Notes under the pieces: generated by a model
Seen by the model: only the letters and a program-made list of their open reading frames with translations
The model's database searches: none
What the model was told of the DNA's origin: nothing
Origin: Pseudomonadota bacterium
GTDB lineage: Bacteria > Pseudomonadota > Gammaproteobacteria > Pseudomonadales > Moraxellaceae
Assembly (NCBI GenBank): GCA_021833365.1
Contig: JAKBFV010000001.1
Location: 2,750 to 66,749 of the forward strand
DNA length: 64,000 bases
Reading direction: 5' to 3'
Shown here: positions 6,837-15,820 of the stretch, piece after piece
Layout of the letters: each line of letters begins with the position of its first letter
Position numbering within the stretch: position 1 is the stretch's first letter
Program-made: the position numbers and the translations under genes

Positions 6837-8451
6837 GGCTCACCCCTCGCAGTGTGTCATAGCGGGCGACATTGGCTTGGGGCTCGACCTTCAGTTGCAA
6901 GGCCGGCGGTGTCGCCATGGGCGCGGGCGGCGTTTCTCCCAGCAGGCGGCTGAGGAGGTTGAGGATGTGCGTCTTCGAGGCGGCGCCGGCCTCCAGTGCC
7001 AGTTCGACCGCCGTCAACACGGCCTGCTCGTCATACTGCAGCACCAGCGAGAGTATCTCGACCATCTCGCGATCACCGCCAGGCCGTTTTAACAGGATAC
7101 CTTGCAGCCGGCGGAAGCCCTCGGGCATGGTCTTGAACGGCGCACCATTACGGAGTGCCCCTGGTTTACGCTGCACGGCGCCGAGGTAGTGGTGCCAATC
7201 GAAGACCGTACGGCCGCCATCGTGGGCCCGGTTGATGTGGCGGGCGTGCTCGGCGATGACATTGCCTTCAGCGACCATCACCACGCGGTCATGGTACAGG
7301 CGCGCGCTCACCGGCCGGTTGGCGAAGCTGGCCGGCACACTGTAGCGGTTACGGTCCACATGCACCAGGCAGGTGGGGGTGACCCGTTTGGTCTGCTCGA
7401 TGAATCCATCGAAGGGGCCGGCCATGGCGGTTAGCTCAGGGACTTCCTCCTGCATCATCTCGGCGATCGTGCGCTGTCGTTGCTCAGGGTGCGGCAGTTC
7501 CTGCCACAGCGTCTTGCAGCGCTGTTCCAACCAGTCGTTGAGCGCGGCCAGCGACGGCATTGGCGGTGCCTCGCTCCACAGGCGATGGCGGGCATCCTGG
7601 ACGTTCTTCTCGACCTGGCCCTTCTCCCACCCCGAGGCCACATTGCAGAAGTCGGGTTCATAGAGGAAATGGCTGACCATGGTGGCAAAGCGCTCGTTGA
7701 TGTCACGCTGCTTGCCACGCCTGACCTTGTCGACGGCGGTCTTCATGTTGTCGTAGATGCCCCGCTGTGGCACGCCGCCGAACACCGCGAAGGCATGGTT
7801 GTGGGCATCGAACAGCATCTCGTGGGTCTGCTGCCAGTAAGCCCGTACCAGGAATGCACGGCTGTAGCTGAGCTTGAAGTGCGCCACCTGAAGCTTTACC
7901 TTCTCCCCATTGATGCTGGCATGGTCCTCGCTCCAGTCGAACTGGAAGGCCTCGCCGGGTGCGAAGGTCAGCGGCACAAATGCCTTGCCGGCGCCTTGGG
8001 CCCGATCCATCTCGGCCTGCTTCCAAGCCCGGGCAAAGGCGGCCACGCGATCATAGCTGCCGGTGTAGCCCCTGGCCTGCAGGGCGGCATGGAGTTGCTT
8101 GATGGTCTTGCGGTACTTGCGGGTGGCGCGCTGGTTGGCGGCCAGCCAGTCAGCCATGTCGGCCACGAAGGGATCCAGGGCGCTGCTGCCGTTGCGCTTG
8201 GCATAGGCAGGATTGAGCGCGCCAGACTTGAGGTACTTGTCGATGGTGTTGCGGGAAAGGCCGGTGCGCCGGGAAATCTCCCGGACGGACAGCTTGTCAC
8301 GGAAATGCATCCTTCGGATGAAGGTCAGTTGAGCCATGTCGATCACTCCTGGTGCTCCGAGTCGGGTAACGACCCAGAGGGTTGGGGTGATGGCTCAAAA
8401 TTCGATGCAAATCCCTAGGAAAAGTGGCTCAGTATTGGGTGCAACTCAACA
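6326..8451 (-). mobile_element. IS21-family insertion sequence, left end intact, right end deleted
   Basis: Has the istA-istB organisation. The terminus reads TGTTGAGTTGCACCC... on the minus strand from about 8451. It is followed by two subterminal direct repeats (TGGCTCAGTATT 8424-8435 and TGGCTCAAAATT 8390-8401 on the plus strand), as is typical for IS21 ends. No matching right end was found, and istB is cut at about 6330. Confidence 0.75.
6826..8346 (-). CDS. istA: IS21-family transposase IstA
   Basis: 506 aa. N-terminal HTH (LSVREISRRTGLSRNTIDKYLKSG) and a DDE integrase core. It overlaps istB by 11 nt, as is usual for IS21 elements. Confidence 0.9.
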   Translation of the reverse strand: MIDMAQLTFIRRMHFRDKLSVREISRRTGLSRNTIDKYLKSGALNPAYAKRNGSSALDPFVADMADWLAANQRATRKYRKTIKQLHAALQARGYTGSYDRVAAFARAWKQAEMDRAQGAGKAFVPLTFAPGEAFQFDWSEDHASINGEKVKLQVAHFKLSYSRAFLVRAYWQQTHEMLFDAHNHAFAVFGGVPQRGIYDNMKTAVDKVRRGKQRDINERFATMVSHFLYEPDFCNVASGWEKGQVEKNVQDARHRLWSEAPPMPSLAALNDWLEQRCKTLWQELPHPEQRQRTIAEMMQEEVPELTAMAGPFDGFIEQTKRVTPTCLVHVDRNRYSVPASFANRPVSARLYHDRVVMVAEGNVIAEHARHINRAHDGGRTVFDWHHYLGAVQRKPGALRNGAPFKTMPEGFRRLQGILLKRPGGDREMVEILSLVLQYDEQAVLTAVELALEAGAASKTHILNLLSRLLGETPPAPMATPPALQLKVEPQANVARYDTLRGVSHVA

Positions 8452-8839
8452 CTGAATTACCAAGCCATGTAAAAAGTGTGGGCATCAAGCATAAGAAACC
8501 GTGTGATCACATAAATTTCATTCTATTCCGCTTGCTATGCAAATTGAAAGCCCTAAGGTGTCAATCCCAGGGCGGCCCTGAGTCTATCCCCCGGCGATTT
8601 GGCCGAATCGCACATCCGGCACTTGGCTTCTTGGTTAAACAGCGCGTTCATGGAGTCCCTACACCCTTACGGTCCACGACTCCTGAATGGCATTCCTCAT
8701 GGTTCAACTCGCCTCAAGCCACCCCTCCAAGAGGGTTGGTGTTGGCGCGCAGCTTTTTCGCCAAGCCAGGGGTGCCACGTCGCAGTTCTTCGCTCCTGCC
8801 CGACCAACCCCCGCACGATTGACGGCAGACGCCGACTTC

Positions 8840-8884
8840 TTGTTGGAGGATGAGCAATACTGTAGAATGCAGTACATTTGCAGT
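8840..8884 (+). promoter_or_regulatory. sigma70-like promoter with overlapping repeat operator upstream of the RHH gene
   Basis: -35 TTGTTG (8840-8845), 17-nt spacer, -10 TAGAAT (8863-8868). TGCAGT direct repeats lie at 8868-8873 and 8879-8884 (11-bp phasing). TACTGTA (8858-8864) forms an imperfect inverted repeat with the first TGCAGTA. AGGAGA RBS precedes ATG 8901. Confidence 0.4.
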
Positions 8885-8900
8885 GGAGTCAGGAGAGGCT

Positions 8901-9095
8901 ATGGCCAACAGCAAAACCGCCACGCTGACCTTTCGGATCGATCCGAGCTTGAAGGAGGCATTGCTCGTCGCAGCTCACGCGGAGCATCGCTCCATCGCGA
9001 ACATGATCGAGGTCTTGATTCGTGGCTACTGCGAGCAGCGAGGCATTGCCATCCCCGACTCCGAAACCGAGAACAAGAGTGGAGAGCGTTCATGA
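8901..9095 (+). CDS. ribbon-helix-helix (CopG/Arc-type) DNA-binding protein
   Basis: 64 aa from the ATG with a good RBS; the track ORF starts earlier at 8850. TATLTFRIDPSLKEALLVAAHAEHRSIANMIEVLIRGY fits the beta-strand/helix/helix RHH pattern. The stop overlaps the next ATG (ATGA at 9092-9095). Confidence 0.7.
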   Translation: MANSKTATLTFRIDPSLKEALLVAAHAEHRSIANMIEVLIRGYCEQRGIAIPDSETENKSGERS

Positions 9096-12000
9096 TCAAG
9101 ACGGTTAAGCAGGCCTGCCGGTTCAATCCGGTCATTCAAGACTACCGGATGAGTCAGGGCATCGAGAACCTGGCCGATCTGATTCATGACGCGGGTGACG
9201 GTCGAGAGTTCTTCTCGCGCAACTTCGTCACGCACGGCATGGAGCAACTCTTCCGCGAAGGCCTACTGCGCCTGTCCGGTAAGTCTGATCAGGCCGTCTT
9301 CGAACTGACCCAAGCAATGGGTGGCGGTAAGACGCACATGATGATCGCGCTTGGTCTGCTGGCGCGGCATCCTCATCTGCGTCCGGAAGTCCTTGCCACT
9401 GACTTGAGTGATCGCGTGGATTTCGGTCAGGCCCGCATCGCCGCTTTCAACGGTCGCAACAACCCCGACAACTACATCTGGGGCGAAATCGCGACGCAGC
9501 TAGGCGAAGCCGAGGCCATTAAGCCCTACTGGGTCAATGGCCCCAAAGCGGTCGACCAACGTCAGTGGAAAGAAATCATTGGGGACAAGCCCACGCTGAT
9601 CTTGCTCGACGAGTTGCCCCCCTACCTTGACAACGCCAGCACCCAGGTGTTTGGACAGGGCACGCTCGCCAACATGGTGGTTTACAGCCTCAGCAGCTTG
9701 ATGAGTGCCGCGCTTGAGTTGCCCAACTGCGCCATCGTCGTCGCCAACCTTTCCGGCAGCTACAAAGCGCAGACCAAGGCTCTCGGGGATGCCATTTCCA
9801 ATCTGCAGCAGGAAACCCGCCGCCAGGCAATGACGATCACGCCGGTGCAACTGGCCGGTAACGAGATCTACGAGATCCTCAAGAAGCGACTGATTGACGA
9901 ACTTCCCGACGAGCGCATCATCGCTGACATCGCCGACGAATACGCCCAGCAGATCAAGAAGGCCGAAGATGGGGGCTACATTGTCGCCGCCAGCCTGGAA
10001 CAGATTGCCGAGCAAGTTCGCGAGACCTATCCGTTCCATCCCTCATTCAAGCATCTGGTCGCCCTGTTCAAGGAGAACGAAGGCTTCCGCCAGACCCGTG
10101 GCTTGATGCAGTTCACCGCCCGGTTATTGAAGAGTGTTGCGGAACGGGAAGCAGACGACGTTTTCCTCATCGGCACCCAGCATTTGGCACTCAATGACGA
10201 TCAAGTCAAAGACGAGATCGAACGCATCGCGCCAAAGTTGATGCCAGCCCTCACCCGGGACATCGCCGACAACGGTAATGCCATCGCGGAAACCATCGAT
10301 GACGAACTGGACGGCGATGCCGCCCAGCAAGTGATGACGCTGCTGTTGGCATCGTCCTTGTCTCGCGCAGTCGGTGGGCGAATTGGCTTGTCCGACAGCG
10401 AGATCATCGAGTTCTTGGCCGCGCCCAATCGCAAGGCGGATGAATTTCTCCAGGCGCTGCAACGACTCCGTGAGCACGCGTGGTATCTCCACCGCGAGGA
10501 TCAGCGTTTCTTCATCAAGGAAACCGAAAACCTCTCGCGCCAAATCGAACGCAACGCCAAGGAAGTACCGCAGCCCAAGGTTGACCAGGCGCTCATTAAC
10601 CGACTGACTGGCATCCTGCAGCCCGAGCGGCGCAACGCCTATCAGGATGTGCAGGTACTGCCGAAGCTAGACGAGCTGAAGCTCACCGGGCCGCGAACTC
10701 TAATTGTCATCAAGCCAGACGGCAAGGTGCCCCCGAGCGAACTGCAGAACTTCTTCGACTACCAGCAGGAGAAGAACAACCTGCTTGTGCTCACAGGCCA
10801 GGACAGTCATATGGCTGATGCGGTCGAGGATCGCCTGCGGGAGCTCTATGCCATTGAGCAGATTCACAAACGGCTGAAGGCTGGCGACACGCTTTTTGAG
10901 GAAGCACGCGACCGAATGGAAGAAGCCGAAGATCGCTTCGAGAAAGCCCTGTCGGCAGCATACAACCGCGTCTACTTCCCCAGTGTTGATGATCTGGATG
11001 GGCGCGAGTTTCTCGCGCCAGTCACCATCGACAACGGGTTGAAGCTGGGCAAAGGAGATCAATCCGCTGAGGCTCAGATCGAATCCCTGCTCGCCAGCCC
11101 GCGCGCCAACTACAAACTCGCAGCCGATCTCGCCGAGAACTTTAATGAATACTTTGCGATGGCTGAGGAATACCTCTGGCCATCAGGTAAGGACAACCGG
11201 CGCACCCCGTGGAAGGACGTCGTCAGCCGTGCCAAGAGCAATCCCGTTTGGCCCTGGATGCCCGGTAGCGGCGGTATGGACACCCTCAAGACGGAGGCAC
11301 TGAAGCAGGGTCGCTGGCGATTGGGTGAGGATGGGTATGTCGAAAAGGGACCCTTCCCAAAAGACAAGACCACTGTCAACGTCTCCGTGGTCGGTAGCCA
11401 TCCCGACACCGGCGAGACCATCTTGAGTCTCACCCCTCGGCACGCAGGCGAAAGCCCAATGGTCGTTTATGCAACCCGGCCAGAGGAACTGGTTACCGGG
11501 AAAGCGGTGGACGATCTGGATAGCTTCACGACCGGAGAAGGCACGCTCTACTTCCTGGCTAAAGATCAGACCGGTCAGTACGAAACTGGTGCGCCTGTTC
11601 GGTGGACTGCCGATCTCAAGATTCGCCACCAGGTTGATCCAGCCGCTGACAAGCGGCGCATCACCCTGGCGAGCACGCCCAAGGCAGATCTGTTCTACAC
11701 GCTGGATGGTTCCAATCCCAAGGACGGCACGCCCTACGAGGGTCCGTTCGAGATCGGGCCGCAAGCGGTACGCCTCTTGGTTTATGCACGCGCTGGTGAA
11801 GCCAACAAGACAGCGGACTTTCAGGTTCCTGCAAGTGGCGACAAGACGGTTCAGATCGTTGATACCAAGCCAGCCAAGCTGCAATCCAAGCGAGTCGCGC
11901 TCGACACCACTGACCGTGTCTATGGCGTCATCAACCGCTTCCGCGATCAGCCGGGCACTCGCTTTAAGGGTGTCCGCATTGAGATTGGCGAGGGTGAAAA

Positions 12001-12214
12001 CACTGTGACCATTCGCTTTCAAGAGCGAGAGGTAACCGCAGCAATGATTGAGGGTGTGGTGAACAGCCTTCGTCAGGTGTTGAACGAAGACCAAGCGCCG
12101 GTCGCCATCACCATTGCCGATGGCATCCAGTTCGACACAGGATTTGCTGCCAAAGAGTTCGCCAAGCTGGTGGGCATTGAGCTCAAGCCCGGCGACGTAA
12201 TTCAGGAGAACTAG
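9092..12214 (+). CDS. DUF499 / BrxC-PglY-like AAA ATPase
   Basis: 1040 aa from ATG 9092. The track ORF from 8687 is an upstream read-through with junk sequence. Walker A QAMGGGKTH, Walker B KPTLILLDELPPYL. Large helical middle and C-terminal beta-rich domains. Size and motif layout match the DUF499 family (COG1483). Confidence 0.85.
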   Translation: MIKTVKQACRFNPVIQDYRMSQGIENLADLIHDAGDGREFFSRNFVTHGMEQLFREGLLRLSGKSDQAVFELTQAMGGGKTHMMIALGLLARHPHLRPEVLATDLSDRVDFGQARIAAFNGRNNPDNYIWGEIATQLGEAEAIKPYWVNGPKAVDQRQWKEIIGDKPTLILLDELPPYLDNASTQVFGQGTLANMVVYSLSSLMSAALELPNCAIVVANLSGSYKAQTKALGDAISNLQQETRRQAMTITPVQLAGNEIYEILKKRLIDELPDERIIADIADEYAQQIKKAEDGGYIVAASLEQIAEQVRETYPFHPSFKHLVALFKENEGFRQTRGLMQFTARLLKSVAEREADDVFLIGTQHLALNDDQVKDEIERIAPKLMPALTRDIADNGNAIAETIDDELDGDAAQQVMTLLLASSLSRAVGGRIGLSDSEIIEFLAAPNRKADEFLQALQRLREHAWYLHREDQRFFIKETENLSRQIERNAKEVPQPKVDQALINRLTGILQPERRNAYQDVQVLPKLDELKLTGPRTLIVIKPDGKVPPSELQNFFDYQQEKNNLLVLTGQDSHMADAVEDRLRELYAIEQIHKRLKAGDTLFEEARDRMEEAEDRFEKALSAAYNRVYFPSVDDLDGREFLAPVTIDNGLKLGKGDQSAEAQIESLLASPRANYKLAADLAENFNEYFAMAEEYLWPSGKDNRRTPWKDVVSRAKSNPVWPWMPGSGGMDTLKTEALKQGRWRLGEDGYVEKGPFPKDKTTVNVSVVGSHPDTGETILSLTPRHAGESPMVVYATRPEELVTGKAVDDLDSFTTGEGTLYFLAKDQTGQYETGAPVRWTADLKIRHQVDPAADKRRITLASTPKADLFYTLDGSNPKDGTPYEGPFEIGPQAVRLLVYARAGEANKTADFQVPASGDKTVQIVDTKPAKLQSKRVALDTTDRVYGVINRFRDQPGTRFKGVRIEIGEGENTVTIRFQEREVTAAMIEGVVNSLRQVLNEDQAPVAITIADGIQFDTGFAAKEFAKLVGIELKPGDVIQEN

Positions 12215-12216
12215 AG

Positions 12217-12849
12217 ATGGCTCAATCCAAGGCGGCAAGCAGCGCGGCAAAAGGCAAAGCGGTCGGACAGAAAAATCTGCACCCTACGCTTGGCTTTGGC
12301 GTGCCTGCCACCTCGGACCCGCATCACTTCAAGGTCATCATTCCTCGGAGCAACACCGGGCGCGTGCAGATAAGTGAGTACCTCGGCATGCAAGCCACCG
12401 CCGATGAGCACGCGGTTATCGACCGCGTATTGCTGGATCGACCACGCTGGACGGCCATCCGCTCAGAAGTTCAGCGCGCATTCAATGCCCGGCTCAATGG
12501 GCACGGGCTCAAGCCTAGCGCCTGGAAAGTCGGCGACAACCCAGTGGACAGACTGTTGGGCAAGGAGCTCTGTGTCCTCGCGTGGGCCGTGGAACACATG
12601 GAGATTGAGAAAGTGCCGGTCGCCGTGAGGAATTGGCTGGCGCTGCGCCCCGAAGAGCGCTGGTGGCTCTTTGGCATGACGGCCATGAGCACAGGCGGCA
12701 TCAACGACAGTGACAAAGGTTGGCGGTTGGCGTTGCGCCACGCGCTTGGCGACGTCGCACAAAGCGAACTGCTGCAACCCAAGGCGCGGCATCAACGCGC
12801 GGGCGACGACAGCGACCGCCCGACCTTGGACCTATTTGGGAACGAATGA
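12217..12849 (+). CDS. small conserved partner protein (DUF3780 position)
   Basis: 210 aa, starting 2 nt after the DUF499 stop and ending 3 nt before the methyltransferase start. Basic N-terminus and Trp-rich core (WLALRPEERWWLFGM). Its size and its location between the DUF499 and DUF1156 genes match what I recall for DUF3780. Not verifiable here. Confidence 0.55.
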   Translation: MAQSKAASSAAKGKAVGQKNLHPTLGFGVPATSDPHHFKVIIPRSNTGRVQISEYLGMQATADEHAVIDRVLLDRPRWTAIRSEVQRAFNARLNGHGLKPSAWKVGDNPVDRLLGKELCVLAWAVEHMEIEKVPVAVRNWLALRPEERWWLFGMTAMSTGGINDSDKGWRLALRHALGDVAQSELLQPKARHQRAGDDSDRPTLDLFGNE

Positions 12850-12852
12850 AAA

Positions 12853-15816
12853 ATGAATGAAGCGGTAAGAACAACTACTCCCCTAGTTCCGCTGGCGCTC
12901 AAGGACGCACCGGCCCTGATTGAATCGGTGTTCCCTGCGCAAAAAGTCTCGTTCGAGGCGCAAGCCGAACGTAAAGCGGTTGCTGCCCAGACGCTGACTG
13001 GGTTGGGTTCCTATTGGAAAGGGCGTAAACCTCTGATCCTGGTGCGCGCCATCGTGCTTGGCAGCCTGCTGCCCGCGACTGACGACCCTGAACAAGACCT
13101 CGCGGTGTTCGAGAAGTTGATGGCCTTCGATGAGGAAAGCCTCGCAAGGCGTGCGCTAGCTGAAAACGCGCTGTCCGCGACGCGCTTGCAGGAACTGATC
13201 CCCATCAGCGACCCCGAGCGCTATTTTTCCGGACGGGGCTGGCGGCGCGACATCACCGACGATGACAAGCTGGTGCTCTATCGCAGAGCATTGGTGACCT
13301 TTGGTAGCTACGAGGAAAAGGCCGGTCTGGGCAAACGCCCCGAAGAAGTCGATCAGGAATGGCTTTACGCTCCGGCGTGGGAGGCCGTTAACCAGCATTA
13401 CGCGCATTTAGGCATCAACGCCAACAACATTGCCGAACTGGTTGAACAACTGGGCATGCTGCGCTACGGCCATCGGCCGAGGGCCGGTGATACCTTCAGT
13501 GGCGGTGGTTCGATTCCCTTTGAAGCAGCACGCATTGGCTGCGACGCCTATGCCTCCGATTTGAACCCGATTGCGTGCATGCTGACCTGGGGCGCACTCA
13601 ATGTCATCGGAGCCTCCCCCGAGCGCCGGGCAGAGATTGATCGGGATCAACAGGCTGTGTTTGATGTGATCGACAAGGAGATCACCAAACTAGGCGTCGA
13701 ACATGACGAGAAAGGCAACCGTGCCAAGGCGTACCTTTATTGTCTGGAGACGCGTTGTCCTGAAACCGGGTGGGTGATTCCGCTCTCGCCGAGTTGGGTG
13801 ATCTCGCCCAAACAAGGCGCGGTTGCGAAGCTCATCCCTGACGAGAAGAACAAGCGTTTCGACATCGAAGTCGTCACGGGAGCATCTGCAGCACAGATCG
13901 CGGCTGCCGATAAGGGCACCGTACAAGACGGGGACATGGTCTACACCCTCAACGGTCGCACCTATCGCTCACCGATCAAGACGCTGCGCGGTGATTTCCG
14001 TGATGCGGATGGCAATACCGGCAATCGCCTGCGTCGTTGGGAGAAAGATGAGTTTCATCCACGACCCGATGACATCTTTCAGGAGCGCCTCTACGCCATC
14101 CAGTGGATCACCAAGAAGTCCATCAATGCGTCGCGGCAGATCACCTATTTCTCCACGGTGACCGAGGCCGACCTCGCACGCGAGCAGAAAGTTGAAAAGC
14201 TGGTCGCCAACAATCTAGCCCAATGGCAGGCAGAGGGGCTCGCACCGGATATGGCCATCGAGCCAGGGGACAAGACCGACGAGCCAATTCGCACGCGCGG
14301 CTGGACGCATTGGCACCATCTGTTCAATGCGCGACAAATCCTCATACAAGCGATCACCCTGAAAGCCTGGAAGAGTTCTCCATCGGCTCCACTTGGCCGG
14401 TTAAACGTTGCCAAGGCAGCAGACTTTAATGCCAAGCTAAGTCGGTGGAAGCCCAGCCAAGGTGGCGGGTTGGGAGGCCCTGTCGGCGTCTTCTCTAACC
14501 AAGCCCTCAACACTTTCTATAACTACGCAACGCGCGCGTGGGCTGGCTTCGGGGCCTCCTCGTTCAAGATGGCGGATGCCCCACTGCCTGCCGTGGAGCG
14601 CTCCATCGTGTCTGCGCCTGCGGAGCGACCGACGCAGAGTTGTGAGCTCTGGATCACCGATCCGCCTTATGCCGACGCGGTGAACTACCACGAGATCACT
14701 GAGTTTTTCATCGCCTGGCTGCGCAAGAACCCACCCAAGCCATTTGACGAGTGGGTGTGGGATTCACGCCGCGCACTTGCCATCAAGGGTTCGGGTGAGG
14801 ACTTCCGGCGCGGAATGGTCGCCGCCTACAAGGCGATGGCGGATCACATGCCCGACAACGGCATGCAGTGCGTGATGTTCACCCACCAGGACACGGGTGT
14901 TTGGTCGGACATGGTCGGCATCTTCTGGGCTGCTGGCTTGCAGGTCGTGGCAGCCTGGTACATCGCCACCGAGACGACGTCCGAGTTGAAGAAAGGTGGC
15001 TACGTACAGGGCACCGTGATTCTGATGCTGAAGAAGCGTGCTGCAGGTGATCGTGCAGGCTTCAAGCAACGCATCCTTCCTGCCGTGCGCAGCGAAGTGC
15101 AGCGTCAGATTGAAACGATGATGCACCTCAACGACGAGGTGAAGAGCAAACACGGCGAGCCCGTTTTCAACGACTCCGACTTGCAGATGGCAGGTTACGC
15201 CGCCGCGCTTAAGGTGCTGACGGCCTATACGCAAATTGGTGGCGAGGACGTGACTGCTTTCGCACTGCGCCCACGCGTGCGCGGTGAGGTCACAGTGGTC
15301 GATGAAATCGTCCAACAGGCGGCAGAAGCGGCCAACAGTCTACTGGTGCCCGAGGGTCTGGCAGCCGACACCTGGGCCAAGCTGACGGGTATCGAGCGCT
15401 TCATGCTGCGCATGATGGACATGGAAACTACGGGCGCGGCCAAGCTCGACAACTATCAGAGCTTTGCCAAGGCCTTCCGGGTTGAGGACTACAGCCGAGT
15501 GATGGGCAGTATGGCGGCCAATCAAGCTCGACTGAAGCGCGTGCCCGAGTTTGCCTCCCGCGACTTGACCGACAGCACCGAGCTCGGTGCCACTCGACTC
15601 GGGCGCTTGATCATTGGCGTGCAACAGGTGTTGGCGGAAACCGAACCGCAGGCCATCGTCAGCCAATTGCAGGCCGAAATGGCCGACTTCCTCGAGGTCC
15701 GCTCACTGCTGGTGGATTTGTTGGCCTTTATTGAACGCAAAGCCCCGGAAGAGCAAGTCCGCGCCGGTGCTGAAGTTCTTGGCGCACGCCTGAAGAACCT
15801 GCGGTTTGGGGCCTAA
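12853..15816 (+). CDS. DUF1156-family DNA methyltransferase (DPPY, probably N6-adenine)
   Basis: 987 aa. N-terminal DUF1156-like region (FPAQKVSFEAQAERKA...YWKGRKPLILVRA). SAM motif I FSGGGSIPFEAARIGCDAYASDLNP. Catalytic motif IV LWITDPPYADAVNY. Confidence 0.85.
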   Translation: MNEAVRTTTPLVPLALKDAPALIESVFPAQKVSFEAQAERKAVAAQTLTGLGSYWKGRKPLILVRAIVLGSLLPATDDPEQDLAVFEKLMAFDEESLARRALAENALSATRLQELIPISDPERYFSGRGWRRDITDDDKLVLYRRALVTFGSYEEKAGLGKRPEEVDQEWLYAPAWEAVNQHYAHLGINANNIAELVEQLGMLRYGHRPRAGDTFSGGGSIPFEAARIGCDAYASDLNPIACMLTWGALNVIGASPERRAEIDRDQQAVFDVIDKEITKLGVEHDEKGNRAKAYLYCLETRCPETGWVIPLSPSWVISPKQGAVAKLIPDEKNKRFDIEVVTGASAAQIAAADKGTVQDGDMVYTLNGRTYRSPIKTLRGDFRDADGNTGNRLRRWEKDEFHPRPDDIFQERLYAIQWITKKSINASRQITYFSTVTEADLAREQKVEKLVANNLAQWQAEGLAPDMAIEPGDKTDEPIRTRGWTHWHHLFNARQILIQAITLKAWKSSPSAPLGRLNVAKAADFNAKLSRWKPSQGGGLGGPVGVFSNQALNTFYNYATRAWAGFGASSFKMADAPLPAVERSIVSAPAERPTQSCELWITDPPYADAVNYHEITEFFIAWLRKNPPKPFDEWVWDSRRALAIKGSGEDFRRGMVAAYKAMADHMPDNGMQCVMFTHQDTGVWSDMVGIFWAAGLQVVAAWYIATETTSELKKGGYVQGTVILMLKKRAAGDRAGFKQRILPAVRSEVQRQIETMMHLNDEVKSKHGEPVFNDSDLQMAGYAAALKVLTAYTQIGGEDVTAFALRPRVRGEVTVVDEIVQQAAEAANSLLVPEGLAADTWAKLTGIERFMLRMMDMETTGAAKLDNYQSFAKAFRVEDYSRVMGSMAANQARLKRVPEFASRDLTDSTELGATRLGRLIIGVQQVLAETEPQAIVSQLQAEMADFLEVRSLLVDLLAFIERKAPEEQVRAGAEVLGARLKNLRFGA

Positions 15817-15820
15817 GTGA

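Noticed and set aside
7480-8418. 312-aa plus-strand ORF
   Set aside because: It is antisense to istA, rich in Gly/Ala/Leu/Val and typical of a high-GC shadow frame. No motifs recognised.
8858-8877. Possible LexA/SOS box (TACTGTAGAATGCAGTACAT)
   Set aside because: The first half matches TACTGT. The second half lacks ACAG at the required CTGT-N8-ACAG spacing. The sequence is better explained as a -10 element plus RHH-type repeats.
8687-9091. N-terminal 135 codons of the 1175-aa track ORF, upstream of the DUF499 ATPase
   Set aside because: The sequence is low-complexity Arg/Ser/Ala junk that overlaps the well-supported RHH gene in another frame. The ATG at 9092 has an RBS and an ATGA coupling to the RHH stop.
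11183-12250. 355-aa minus-strand ORF
   Set aside because: It is fully antisense to the 3' part of the DUF499 gene and is a shadow ORF with no recognisable domains.
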